Assembly (NCBI GenBank): GCA_964600985.1
Contig: CAZRJR010000001.1
Span: 399,431 to 463,430 of the forward strand
Source: an uncultured Candidatus Saccharibacteria bacterium
Lineage (GTDB): Bacteria; Patescibacteriota; Saccharimonadia; CAILAD01; JADZBC01
Direction: 5' to 3'
DNA: 64,000 nucleotides
The position numbers and the translations under genes were made by a program. The notes beneath the pieces were generated by a model. That model ran no database searches. It had not been told where the DNA came from and saw only the letters and a program-made list of their open reading frames with translations. Each line of letters opens with the position of its first letter. Position 1 is the first letter of the stretch. Of this stretch, positions 28,804-38,460 are shown piece by piece.

Positions 28804-29253
28804 ATGGCCGACGAAACCAAAACCAACTCTACCGACACCACTGAACCCCTAAGCAACCCCGTAGAAGATCGCACTACACTCGAAGCAATTCATCGCTTGC
28901 TGCCTGAAATCCGCGAGACCAAAGACAAGATCAAGACTGTGCGTGAGCAGCTTAAGGACGTAGAGGAACAAAACCAAGAGTACCAACAGCTTAAGGAGGA
29001 AATTAGCGAGCTGAGCACCAAGCGCCAAACCGCTCGTAAACTTTTAGCCGCCGACAGTGACTACCAGAAGGTAAATGCAGACCTCGACGACTACCGTGCT
29101 AAGCTCAAAGACTTGCAAGAGATTATGAGTCACTACCTCGTAACCTACTACAATGAAACCCAAAAGGCCCAGATACGCGACGACGAAGGTGAAACGCGCC
29201 AAGTAGTGTTGAGCGCAAAGATTGGTAAGCCTGAAGCCGATATTGAAGGCTAG
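28804..29253 (+). CDS. acidic coiled-coil protein, unknown function
   Basis: 149 aa with heptad-rich E/K/Q composition. AAGGAA RBS, ATG verified. Confidence 0.55.
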   Translation: MADETKTNSTDTTEPLSNPVEDRTTLEAIHRLLPEIRETKDKIKTVREQLKDVEEQNQEYQQLKEEISELSTKRQTARKLLAADSDYQKVNADLDDYRAKLKDLQEIMSHYLVTYYNETQKAQIRDDEGETRQVVLSAKIGKPEADIEG

Positions 29254-29259
29254 GCGGCA

Positions 29260-29288
29260 TTGACCCCCGCTCCACAATCTGCTACAAT
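29260..29288 (+). promoter_or_regulatory. rpmE promoter (TTGACC-N17-TACAAT), leaderless
   Basis: The -10 ends 9 nt before ATG 29298, so the TSS is roughly at the start codon. Confidence 0.55.
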
Positions 29289-29297
29289 TGCCAGGTT

Positions 29298-29654
29298 ATG
29301 AAAGCACAGATTCACCCAGAACTCAAAAAGACCAAGGTAACCTGCCTTGGCTGCAATACCACCTTCGAGACTATGTCTACGGTCGAGGAGATGCATGTTG
29401 AATTGTGCTCAAATTGCCACCCCTTCTATACTGGTAAGCAGAAGCTGATCGATACCGCTGGTCGCGTAGATCGCTTCCGTGCTAAGCAAGAAAAAGCGCA
29501 ACCAGGTATGGCAGCTAAGAAGTCTAAGCCAGCCGAGGAAGCCCCTGCAGAAGCTCAAGACACTAAAGCTAAGCTTGCTGAGCTGAAAAGCGAAATCGCC
29601 GAGCACACTGTAGACGCTACGTCGAAAACCCAGAACGACGCCAAAGATCAGTAA
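29298..29654 (+). CDS. rpmE: 50S ribosomal protein L31 (zinc-ribbon type) with a K/A/E-rich C-terminal extension of about 45 aa
   Basis: CLGCN...CSNCH zinc ribbon and L31 core [16 protein letters not shown]...HPFYTGKQ, followed by the tail [23 protein letters not shown]. Confidence 0.9.
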   Translation: MKAQIHPELKKTKVTCLGCNTTFETMSTVEEMHVELCSNCHPFYTGKQKLIDTAGRVDRFRAKQEKAQPGMAAKKSKPAEEAPAEAQDTKAKLAELKSEIAEHTVDATSKTQNDAKDQ

Positions 29655-29668
29655 ATAAGCACTTTGAG

Positions 29669-29710
29669 CAGCACTGTTTTTGCTATACTAGCAGCAGTGC
29701 TGTTTTGTTT
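29669..29710 (+). terminator. terminator after rpmE
   Basis: CAGCACTG / CAGTGCTG 8-bp stem with an 18-nt loop, followed by TTTTGTTT. Confidence 0.5.
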
Positions 29711-29742
29711 AGACTTAACGCTATCTCACTATAAGGAACGCC

Positions 29743-30816
29743 ATGATTGACCAATCAACCATCGACCAATTAGAAAAGCGCCTGGCTGAGCTCAACGCCG
29801 AGCTAAGTGACCCTGCGGTATACGCCAGTGCGGCTTCGGCCAAGGTTGTTGCCGAACAGCGGGATGTGCAGAACAAGCTTGAGTTATTTCACGAAGTGGT
29901 TCAAACCGAAACAGAACTGCGTGAAGCTAAAAACCTACTTAACGACCCAGAGATGTCCGAGCTGGCCCGTGCCGAGATCCCAGAACTAGAAGGCAAGCTC
30001 GATGAGCTTAAGTCCAAGGTGCGCATTGCCCTCGTACCCAAAGACCCAAACGATAGCAAGGACGCAATAATGGAAATCCGAGCTGGCGCTGGTGGTGATG
30101 AATCAAGTTTATTTGCCGGTGAACTCAGCCGCATGTACGCACGTTTCTGCGAAGCTCACGGGCTTAACATGCAGATTATGACCGATAGCCCGGGTACATC
30201 TGGCGGGTACAAGGAGCTCATTGCCGAAGTTAGCGGTGCGGATGCCTACGGCACCCTTAAGTATGAATCTGGTGTCCACCGCGTGCAGCGCATTCCTGCC
30301 ACCGAATCGGCCGGTCGCATACATACTTCTACCGTAACTGTGGCGGTGCTGCCAGAAGCCGAGGAGCACGACATAGAAATCGACCCGGCAGAACTACGTA
30401 TAGATGTTTACAGGTCCAGCGGTAACGGTGGCCAAAGTGTAAATACCACCGATAGTGCCGTGCGGGTCACTCACCTACCTACCAATACCGTAGTAACCTG
30501 CCAAGACGAAAAGTCTCAGCTCAAGAACAAGCTCAAGGCTATGAGCATATTACGCTCTCGCCTGCTAGCCGTGAAGCAAGAACAAGAGCTCAAAGAGCTT
30601 GGCGAAGCTCGCCTTTCGCAAATCGGCACCGGGGACAGAAGCGAAAAGATCCGTACCTATAATTTTCCTCAGGACCGCATAACAGACCACCGCATTGGAT
30701 TCACCCGCCACAACCTACCTGGGTTCCTTGATGGCGAGATTGACGATGTGCTCACAGCCTTGCGTGAAGCAGATATTACCAAAGCCCTTGAAGGCGAGCT
30801 AGGCACAGAAGCTTGA
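29743..30816 (+). CDS. prfA: peptide chain release factor 1
   Basis: 357 aa. GGQ motif (SSGNGGQSVNT) and PxT tripeptide region. Confidence 0.95.
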   Translation: MIDQSTIDQLEKRLAELNAELSDPAVYASAASAKVVAEQRDVQNKLELFHEVVQTETELREAKNLLNDPEMSELARAEIPELEGKLDELKSKVRIALVPKDPNDSKDAIMEIRAGAGGDESSLFAGELSRMYARFCEAHGLNMQIMTDSPGTSGGYKELIAEVSGADAYGTLKYESGVHRVQRIPATESAGRIHTSTVTVAVLPEAEEHDIEIDPAELRIDVYRSSGNGGQSVNTTDSAVRVTHLPTNTVVTCQDEKSQLKNKLKAMSILRSRLLAVKQEQELKELGEARLSQIGTGDRSEKIRTYNFPQDRITDHRIGFTRHNLPGFLDGEIDDVLTALREADITKALEGELGTEA

Positions 30817-31616
30817 AGATCCATGAAGTGCTCGCTAACGCGCGTACCCAACTCACAGCCGCTGGAGTAAACTCGGTCCACCTAGACGCAGAGCTACTGC
30901 TATGCCACGTTCTTAAGGTCGGTCGATCATGGCTTTTGGCGCACAACGAAGATGAATTATCAGCGCGTCACCTCGAGACCTACAAAGTACTTATTAGCAA
31001 ACGCGCACAGCACATTCCCCTGGTCCACCTCACTAATAAGCGTGAGTTTTACGGCATAGAATTGTTCATAGATGCAAGCGTGCTAACTCCCCGAATTGAA
31101 ACGGAGAAAATGGTAGAACTTGCCATTAAATACGCACCTCCTGGTGGCTCGCTCATTGATATTGGTACCGGCAGTGGCGCAATTGCCATTGCTATTGCCA
31201 AGCATCGCCCCGATCTAACTATTTGGGCAACCGAATACAGTACGGAAGCCCTCAAGGTAGCGCGCCAAAACATTGCGGCCCATAAAGTCAATGTCACACT
31301 CAAGCAAGCTGACTTATTTAATGGTATTGAGAAAGAGTTTGACGTAGTAGCATGCAACCTACCCTACCTAGCCGACAAAGCTGATTTAATGCCCGAGGTA
31401 CAAAAGGAACCATGCATCGCCCTGTTTGGCGGACCAGATGGCCTTGATATTTATCGCAAATTCCTCGCTCAGTTACCAGCCCATTTAAAGCCTGGGGGTA
31501 AGCTATTCACCGAATGTGACCCATGGCAGCAAGCCGCGCTCATTAGTGAAGCAAAGGATATCGGCTTAAAGCTTATAGAGGAAGACTACTTTATCCTTGG
31601 GTTTCAGTTGGGCTAG
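30813..31616 (+). CDS. prmC: release factor glutamine N5-methyltransferase PrmC/HemK
   Basis: 267 aa. SAM-binding fold with the NLPY motif (ACNLPYLAD). TTG start overlaps the prfA TGA as TTGA. Confidence 0.85.
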   Translation: MKIHEVLANARTQLTAAGVNSVHLDAELLLCHVLKVGRSWLLAHNEDELSARHLETYKVLISKRAQHIPLVHLTNKREFYGIELFIDASVLTPRIETEKMVELAIKYAPPGGSLIDIGTGSGAIAIAIAKHRPDLTIWATEYSTEALKVARQNIAAHKVNVTLKQADLFNGIEKEFDVVACNLPYLADKADLMPEVQKEPCIALFGGPDGLDIYRKFLAQLPAHLKPGGKLFTECDPWQQAALISEAKDIGLKLIEEDYFILGFQLG

Positions 31617-32085
31617 GTGGCTCCTGACTGGGATGTAAGAGTTCATTAAGTTCAGCACGTACATCCCGAAGTGCAGCTTTTCGACTTTCGACATCGCGTT
31701 CTAGCTCTTCAAGCTTGGCTGATGCCGACTTCTCCCTTGCCTCCAGATTTATAATCCTGTTGGCTACGTCCATAAAATCTCGCGTAGGCATAGCGCCGAA
31801 TCGTTGCGGATCACGATCATATATCTGCTCCAAAGGCTCCAGGGTTTTATTAGACCATTCCTCAATCTTTGTCATGGAATCTTTGCGAGCCTCACCCGAC
31901 TCATATTGGCGATTTTGATGAAGTGCAATTTGGGCATCAAAATCTAATCCCCGACCAGGAGCAGATACCCCAGCGCCTTCCTTAAGTGCATATGCCATGT
32001 CCTCGGCTTTGTCATGATCCCAGCGTTGATCAAGGTTTTGCTCTGATACTGGCATCACTGGAAATGAAGCTATTCCCTCCGGCAT
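31591..32085 (-). CDS. hypothetical protein
   Basis: 164-aa charged, coiled-coil-prone ORF. Overlaps the prmC 3' end by 26 nt. No family recognised. Confidence 0.4.
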   Translation of the reverse strand: MPEGIASFPVMPVSEQNLDQRWDHDKAEDMAYALKEGAGVSAPGRGLDFDAQIALHQNRQYESGEARKDSMTKIEEWSNKTLEPLEQIYDRDPQRFGAMPTRDFMDVANRIINLEAREKSASAKLEELERDVESRKAALRDVRAELNELLHPSQEPPSPTETQG

Positions 32086-32147
32086 TCCATACTCCTACAT
32101 AATTATTCTTATGCTATTGTATCCTAGATTAAATACTAAGAACAAGC

Positions 32148-33356
32148 TTAGTTGGTACTAGCAGGCGCTTCGGCCAACTTCACCTTAGTGGTCTTAGTTT
32201 TACCATCGCGTAAGTAGGTAAGGGTAACGGTATCCCCGACATTAAACTTACCAACCACCGAGGAAAGTTGATTGTTTTCATCGAGCCTTGTGTCGTTAAT
32301 CTTAATAATGATGTCGCCATTAGTTAAGCCAGCCTTGTCGGCCGGGCTTCCATCAACCACGCCACTCGTATTACCACTGCCAATGTAAGCACCTCCAATT
32401 GCCTCGTCAACGAGGTCGTTACGAGCTGCTACATCCTTAGTAACGGCCACGTAGCGCACCCCTAAGTATGGGCGCACAATCTTACCGCCGTTCGATACAC
32501 TAGCAATATCCTTTTGTGCTTCGTTGATCGGGATAGCAAAGCCAATGTTCTGCGCTCCGTCACCCGCCACAGCGGTGTTCATACCAATTACCTCTCCGGC
32601 AATGTTTACCAATGGCCCACCCGAATTACCGGGGTTAATCGCAGCGTCTGTTTGGAACAAATTCTGTAGGTTCTCGGCAGTACCCCCGCCGCTTGCAGTA
32701 ATAGGCCGACTCTTGCCAGAAATCACGCCGGTAGTTACAGTATTTTGGAATTGTCCAAGCGCATTACCAATCGCGATTACACGCTGGCCCACCTCTACCT
32801 TGCTTGAGTCACCTAGCTTAGCAGCCGTAAGTCCACTAGCACTAATTTGCAAGAAGGCAATGTCATTGGTTGGGTCTTTGGCTACCACCTTAGCATTCTT
32901 GTATTCTTTGCCGTCGCTCGTGATTACCGTAAAGTTCTCACCCCCCTCAACCACATGCTTGTTGGTCAGAATCAGCCCGTTGGACTTAAGTATAATCCCT
33001 GTGCCCGACGATGCTTGAGTTTGTGTTTGACCAAAGAAGTCAACCGCACTACTGCTACTAGTAATACTGACCACACTTGGCGACACTTGCTTGGCCACGG
33101 TAATCACTGCCGAGTCTTCTTTTACTAAAAGGCTCTTGCGCTCCTCAACTGTGCGCGAGTTTGCGCCTAAAAATGTTACTTGCAGCCACGAGCCCGCAAA
33201 CCCTGCCAACAAACAAAGTGCTACGATACCAACAATAATTACTGTTTTCTTGCCCTGGCCCTCTAGATTATTGGTCACCGTCTTAGGCGATGCCACGGGT
33301 TTTTTAATAGCGCTGGTCGTGCGTGCGGTAGTTGGTTTCTTTACTTGGTCTTCCAT
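32148..33356 (-). CDS. htrA: HtrA/DegP-family serine protease with PDZ domain
   Basis: 402 aa. N-terminal TM, catalytic GNSGGPL, C-terminal PDZ domain. Confidence 0.9.
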   Translation of the reverse strand: MEDQVKKPTTARTTSAIKKPVASPKTVTNNLEGQGKKTVIIVGIVALCLLAGFAGSWLQVTFLGANSRTVEERKSLLVKEDSAVITVAKQVSPSVVSITSSSSAVDFFGQTQTQASSGTGIILKSNGLILTNKHVVEGGENFTVITSDGKEYKNAKVVAKDPTNDIAFLQISASGLTAAKLGDSSKVEVGQRVIAIGNALGQFQNTVTTGVISGKSRPITASGGGTAENLQNLFQTDAAINPGNSGGPLVNIAGEVIGMNTAVAGDGAQNIGFAIPINEAQKDIASVSNGGKIVRPYLGVRYVAVTKDVAARNDLVDEAIGGAYIGSGNTSGVVDGSPADKAGLTNGDIIIKINDTRLDENNQLSSVVGKFNVGDTVTLTYLRDGKTKTTKVKLAEAPASTN

Positions 33357-33409
33357 GTTCCTCCTTCTTAGAGTCTAAATTTACAAACTGAACAGTTGCT
33401 TAAAGCTGC

Positions 33410-34192
33410 TCAGAACCCGTTCATCCAGCGAGTAGTCAAGAATGTGGCGGCAAACACAATCATAAATACCAAGCCGTATTCGAGCGGTAGCCACTTGCGT
33501 TTAGGCCGATCGAGCCGATGGTATTCAATACCGCCCAAGCTATATGCCAATGCAATTGTAACTATAGCCGCCTGGGCTACTATAATGTTAGCTTTAGGCA
33601 CCTGGTACACGAGCACCCAGTGCGAGTAAGCCCACACCAATTCGGTCGCGACAAGCCCAAATACGCTCGCAAACATTGGTGCCACCCCGGCCGCCCTGCC
33701 TGCCTCCACCAGCCACCACAACGCCACGAAGGTACTCACAACAAACACCAGTGGCAATGTAATAAAGCCAGGGACATGCCAATACGCCATCGACAATACC
33801 GCAAAGTTTATACTGAGTCCTAGCTGCAAAATAGCAATTGCACTAGCCATCCAGACAGCTATATGGGTACGCAATACCACCACGCAGATCAGGCCGTACA
33901 TAAGAGCCATAAGAACTGTCTGTGCTACAAAGTAGGGAATGCTCACACCGTTAACCTGCACGAGCATCATACTATACAGCGAAGCCGCCACTATAAAGAG
34001 TACGGGCTGAGCTGACTTAGCCAATACAACTGGCCGATTGCCGCCGGTAAGTAAGCGCCGCATAAGCAGAAGCGTAAGGCCCACTTGCAGTGCTACACCA
34101 AAAAACCAATAACGGGTCAAAAAATAAAACATAAATATCACCACTGCCTGCACAGGCAAGAAGAATAGTATAGTTCGCTGAGTTTTAGTCAT
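33410..34192 (-). CDS. polytopic membrane protein, unknown function
   Basis: 260 aa with about 7-8 predicted TM helices. Confidence 0.5.
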   Translation of the reverse strand: MTKTQRTILFFLPVQAVVIFMFYFLTRYWFFGVALQVGLTLLLMRRLLTGGNRPVVLAKSAQPVLFIVAASLYSMMLVQVNGVSIPYFVAQTVLMALMYGLICVVVLRTHIAVWMASAIAILQLGLSINFAVLSMAYWHVPGFITLPLVFVVSTFVALWWLVEAGRAAGVAPMFASVFGLVATELVWAYSHWVLVYQVPKANIIVAQAAIVTIALAYSLGGIEYHRLDRPKRKWLPLEYGLVFMIVFAATFLTTRWMNGF

Positions 34193-34233
34193 AGTCGCTC
34201 CATCCTCACTCGAAATTAGAGGTCGCTGCCGCC

Positions 34234-35679
34234 CTAGTTGGTGGGTCTGTAATCACTACCGATAATTACCACTATATCTGGACCCGTACTGCTATTTGCG
34301 GTGGCGTTACCGCCCACAGCACCTACGCTCTGAGCAGACGAGGCATTCACGCCAAATCGTTTCTCGAGATACTTTATAGTATACGGCTTTTTACCGCCAG
34401 AGTAATCAATAATCTGGGTTGTAGTATAGGTAGTGCGATCAGCCGCCACGGTATTGACCACGTTATAATTATAACTCCTTAGGGTTGCAGCCGCACTAAG
34501 TGCTAGGCCAGGCTTCGCCGTGCCATTTTCTACTTGGATAGTAGCAGCTTCTTGCTTTATATATCCATCCACAAAGATCGAGCGAACGAAGCGCTGAATA
34601 GCACTGTAGTCTCCAATCCCCGCGCTTGGCACCACCACGCTGGCGCCATTTATATTGGCCGTTCGCACTAGATTGGTTCCATTTACTTCATTATCGAGCA
34701 CTGCATTCACCACCTTGGTGGTATCAATCTTCTTGGTGATGTCGACAAGACGCTGCAACTCACCAAGCTGCAAGTCGGTGCGCACATTGTCACCCACTGT
34801 GTCGATCAGGCCACTGAGCTTGGTTGGGTCAAGCAGGGTGTTTAGCGTAAGCGCCTTGGCCCGCAGTGCGGTCAGGACTTGCTGCTGGCGCTTGGCTCGT
34901 CCAAAGTCGTCGCCACAGTTCCCCTTACGGCAGCGCACATATTTAAGAGCAACTGCGCCAGTCATATGTTGCGGGCCGGCTTTTACGCTAAAGCCGCAGC
35001 TATAGGCTTCGTTTCTTTCGCAGGGGTACTCGGAGTCGTACAAAGCTTGCTCGACCTTTACATCTACACCACCAACCGTATCGACTGCCTGTTTAAACGC
35101 CGTAAAGTCTGTACGAATAAAGTAATGAATAGGTACACCCAGGGTGGTAGAGACTACCTTTTTAGTCATGTCGGGCCCACCTTCTTTTTGCAGTTGCTCA
35201 CCATAGGCGTGAGCGCCGTTGATTTTACTATAGCCAAACCCCGGTACATTCACCCATAAATCACGTGGAATACCGAGCATAGCTACATCGTTTGTTTGCG
35301 GGTCTATGCTGAGCACCATCATAGTGTCGCTCAAGCCGGCGCCGGCGTGGCCAGTATCGCCCACACCAAGCAGAAGAATATTAATTCTGCCTTCGCCCTC
35401 ACCCTTAAGCTGCGCGAGCGTGAGCTTACCCTTAAGGCCTGCGGCCGCAACACCAGTATTTCGCTGAATTACCTTACCGAGCGAGAAGTAACTCCGAGCT
35501 GCAAAGGCACTACCGCCCGCTACGAGTACGAGAGCCAACGAAACAAGTGCAATCCTTAGCTTATGTGGCTTAGTTTTTAGTCGACGCTTTTTGGGGTCAT
35601 ATATAAAAGCCGGATCGTCACCCCCCAGGTTACGAATATGTGATTTTGCTGAAGTTGGCTTTGTCTTTATGTCGGCCAT
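34234..35679 (-). CDS. LytR-CpsA-Psr (LCP) family cell-wall glycopolymer transferase
   Basis: 481 aa. Cytoplasmic basic N-terminus, a TM segment, then the LCP domain (LLLGVGDTGHAGAGLSDTMMVLSIDP, IPRDLWV). Confidence 0.85.
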   Translation of the reverse strand: MADIKTKPTSAKSHIRNLGGDDPAFIYDPKKRRLKTKPHKLRIALVSLALVLVAGGSAFAARSYFSLGKVIQRNTGVAAAGLKGKLTLAQLKGEGEGRINILLLGVGDTGHAGAGLSDTMMVLSIDPQTNDVAMLGIPRDLWVNVPGFGYSKINGAHAYGEQLQKEGGPDMTKKVVSTTLGVPIHYFIRTDFTAFKQAVDTVGGVDVKVEQALYDSEYPCERNEAYSCGFSVKAGPQHMTGAVALKYVRCRKGNCGDDFGRAKRQQQVLTALRAKALTLNTLLDPTKLSGLIDTVGDNVRTDLQLGELQRLVDITKKIDTTKVVNAVLDNEVNGTNLVRTANINGASVVVPSAGIGDYSAIQRFVRSIFVDGYIKQEAATIQVENGTAKPGLALSAAATLRSYNYNVVNTVAADRTTYTTTQIIDYSGGKKPYTIKYLEKRFGVNASSAQSVGAVGGNATANSSTGPDIVVIIGSDYRPTN

Positions 35680-35765
35680 TGTAAGGTATTATAGCCAACC
35701 AATCAGCGCTTCGTAAAGCTTATGCCACTTGCCGATAGTCCTTATGCCCCGCTATAATAAAGTCT

Positions 35766-36638
35766 ATGCCGCCCCAAGACCCATCATCCAACCCAGCGAC
35801 TCAACCCAGTGATGCAGGTGACGCCACTACGCCAAACGCTGGACAAATAGTCGAGCCCTCTGCACAAGCGACCATTGCCGCTGCTCAAGCAGCGTCTACG
35901 CCACCGAGCGAAGCTGCTCCGGCTACCGAACCAGCCGAACCCAAACATCCAAAGCTAGCACCACCACTTAAGTCTGCTGTGGAGCTAGAGGCAGAAGCCG
36001 AGGCTGAGTCAGCAAATGAATCGGACCAAGAACCTGAGGAGCGCCGCCCAAGCGCTATCCTGGGTGTGCTCAAAACCATCTTTAGCTGGGTGGTATTGCC
36101 CGGCTTGATTGTGCTATTCCTGCATAGTTTTGTGTTCCAGGCGTTCTATGTGTCGGGCAGTAGTATGAACCCCGACTTCCAAGACGGCGACTACCTGATT
36201 ATCGACAAGGTTGGTTTTACCATGAGCAACATTAAATCCACCTTTGGGCTAGATACCAGCCTAGACCTTAAGCGTGGTGATGTACTGGTATTCCGCTACC
36301 CTGCGAATCCATCTACCTTTTTTATTAAGCGCCTGATTGGCTTGCCAGGTGACCGCGTAGTGGTCAAAAATGGCAAGGTGACTATATACGACGCCGACCA
36401 CCCCGAGGGCCTCGTGCTCAAGGAGCCATACATAGATCAATCGCTCACTACTCAGGGTGATATAGATGAAGTGGTGGAAAAGAATAAATACTTTGTTATG
36501 GGGGACAACCGCGAGCCCAATGGAAGCTTTGACTCGCGCGAGTGGGGACAGCTACCGCGTAACGATGTAGTCGGTGTAGCCACTGCCCGCTTGCTTCCAA
36601 TTAATGAGCTCGGGCCAATTAAGCACCCTACTTACTAG
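35766..36638 (+). CDS. lepB: signal peptidase I with an Ala/Pro/Glu-rich cytoplasmic N-terminal extension of about 100 aa
   Basis: Catalytic Ser in SGSSMNP and Lys in KRLIGLPGD. ATG verified. Confidence 0.85.
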   Translation: MPPQDPSSNPATQPSDAGDATTPNAGQIVEPSAQATIAAAQAASTPPSEAAPATEPAEPKHPKLAPPLKSAVELEAEAEAESANESDQEPEERRPSAILGVLKTIFSWVVLPGLIVLFLHSFVFQAFYVSGSSMNPDFQDGDYLIIDKVGFTMSNIKSTFGLDTSLDLKRGDVLVFRYPANPSTFFIKRLIGLPGDRVVVKNGKVTIYDADHPEGLVLKEPYIDQSLTTQGDIDEVVEKNKYFVMGDNREPNGSFDSREWGQLPRNDVVGVATARLLPINELGPIKHPTY

Positions 36639-37110
36639 AGTCGTAGACGACCAGTGCATCATTTAAAACTTGTGCAGCAGCCTTTGCTTTAAAAATATTT
36701 GGTATATGCACAAAACTAAAAGGTGTGTCAGATCCGGTTTCCTTAATTCTTCCGGCTATACTGTATGAGATTAAGTTGCAGTAAGAATTTCCCATCGCAC
36801 TTGCTATCTTAAGCCCTTGAGAAGGCTGTATAAAATTCGGCAACTTCCTAATATCCTTGTCGCTTCCGGAACTACGGAATTTACTTGTTGCTAGTGTTTC
36901 AATCCGTAGATAATCTCTATCTCGCCCAGTATAAAGCCCTAGAGCAAGAATTAAGCTATATTTAGAAGGATCAAGGTACTGAGCAAATTTAGATATAGCG
37001 GATTGTGAAGAAGGTAACGCACGATGCTGTGATGGGCTAAAACTAAGCGCATCCATAACCTGCTCCGATATGTTTCCCTTAAATGAGAGAATGAGGGCTG
37101 GCTTTCTCAT
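36628..37110 (-). CDS. pyroglutamyl-peptidase I-like (peptidase C15) protein
   Basis: Start reassigned to ATG 37110, giving an ATGA overlap with the upstream VOC gene stop. Matches Pcp at the catalytic positions: RIETLA (Glu), SAMGNSYCNLISY (Cys) and FSFVHIPN (His). Gly motifs are diverged. Confidence 0.5.
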   Translation of the reverse strand: MRKPALILSFKGNISEQVMDALSFSPSQHRALPSSQSAISKFAQYLDPSKYSLILALGLYTGRDRDYLRIETLATSKFRSSGSDKDIRKLPNFIQPSQGLKIASAMGNSYCNLISYSIAGRIKETGSDTPFSFVHIPNIFKAKAAAQVLNDALVVYDSSK

Positions 37111-37562
37111 AACTGCAACATCTTCGGCGGAGCAAGCAATAGTTCTGGATGCTTTTGCCAATCTATACCCGGCACGTCTATATAAAGCTCAATCTCGTTT
37201 CCATCCGGATCTTCTATGTATAAGCTATGCGTAACTGTGTGGTCAGTCGCTCCCACAACTTCTATGCCATTGTCTTGTAGAGTTTGTGCTGCTTCGCGCA
37301 GTTCATTGTCGCTATCCCCCACCTTGAGACCAAAATGATATAAACCCACTCGGTGGCCTTTTGGCACCCGGCCTGCTGCCTCACCCACTTCTATGAGCAA
37401 TAGCTCATGGTGTGTACGTCCACTGGAAAATACAGCAATTGGCATGTCGGCCAACACACTAATGCGCTTCCATCCAAGTACACGCTCATAAAAGTCCGCG
37501 GACCGCTCCACACTACGCACATATAGAACTATATGGCCCAGTTCGTGAACACGCAGCGACAT
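37107..37562 (-). CDS. VOC/glyoxalase-bleomycin resistance family protein
   Basis: 151 aa, paired beta-alpha-beta-beta-beta modules (HIVLYV..., HHELLLIEV...). Confidence 0.7.
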   Translation of the reverse strand: MSLRVHELGHIVLYVRSVERSADFYERVLGWKRISVLADMPIAVFSSGRTHHELLLIEVGEAAGRVPKGHRVGLYHFGLKVGDSDNELREAAQTLQDNGIEVVGATDHTVTHSLYIEDPDGNEIELYIDVPGIDWQKHPELLLAPPKMLQL

Positions 37563-37566
37563 ACGG

Positions 37567-38460
37567 TTATTCCCCTAGAATCTGGTGGTATAGCCTACCT
37601 AGGTCCTCGTCGGTGGTAAACTCGATAACCAGTTTGCCGCCCTTGGCAGTCTTTTGAATGTCTACTTTGGTGCCTAAATGTTTTGCCAAGGTCGTGGTGA
37701 GCTGTACATTATACGTTTCTTTGGCCTCAACCTTTTTAATCGCAGCTTGGCCGTCGGCCTTGAAGTTACGAGCTAATTCTTCGGCCTGCCGAACATTTAA
37801 GTGACCCTTTAGAATCATATCGAGGAATACCAACTGATCCTCAGGCTTTACTGCCAGTACTTGACGAGCATGACCCTCTACTATCAGTCCGTCATTGAGT
37901 GCTTGTTTGGCCTCGTGTGGCAAATTAAGTAAGCGCATTATGTTGCCAACGGTAGACGGAGCTTTACCTACCCTTATGCCAATTTCGTCGAGCGATAAGT
38001 TGAACTGGTCTGCCAAGGTAGTGTAGGCCGTAGCTAACTCGAGTACATTGAGCTCACTACGTTGTATGTTCTCGACTACCGCTACCTCGAGCTGTTCTTG
38101 CTGAGAAAAACTCCGCACAATAGCCGGCACTGTAGGCAAACCCAGTAGCTTCGCGGCCCGCAGTCGGCGTTCGCCAGCAATCAGCTGGTAAGTATCACCG
38201 TCGCGAATCACCACTAGTGGCTGCACAATGCCGTACGTTTTAATCGACTGAGCCATTTCCTGAAGCTGGTCATCACTAAACTTGGTACGCGGCTGGTGTG
38301 GATTAGGCACAATTGAGCCAACTGGCAAGTCTTCGACTCGTGCGCCTTCCTTTACCAGCTCCTTAGGCATAGAGGGCGCAGCAAACTCACCTATATCGGT
38401 CGGTATAAGGCTATCCAAGCCCCTGCCTAGACGACTACTGTTGGAGTTGTTTGTTGACAC
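37567..38460 (-). CDS. parB: chromosome partitioning protein ParB
   Basis: 297 aa. ParB box (GERRLRAAKLLGL), HTH, and C-terminal dimerisation domain. Confidence 0.9.
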   Translation of the reverse strand: MSTNNSNSSRLGRGLDSLIPTDIGEFAAPSMPKELVKEGARVEDLPVGSIVPNPHQPRTKFSDDQLQEMAQSIKTYGIVQPLVVIRDGDTYQLIAGERRLRAAKLLGLPTVPAIVRSFSQQEQLEVAVVENIQRSELNVLELATAYTTLADQFNLSLDEIGIRVGKAPSTVGNIMRLLNLPHEAKQALNDGLIVEGHARQVLAVKPEDQLVFLDMILKGHLNVRQAEELARNFKADGQAAIKKVEAKETYNVQLTTTLAKHLGTKVDIQKTAKGGKLVIEFTTDEDLGRLYHQILGE

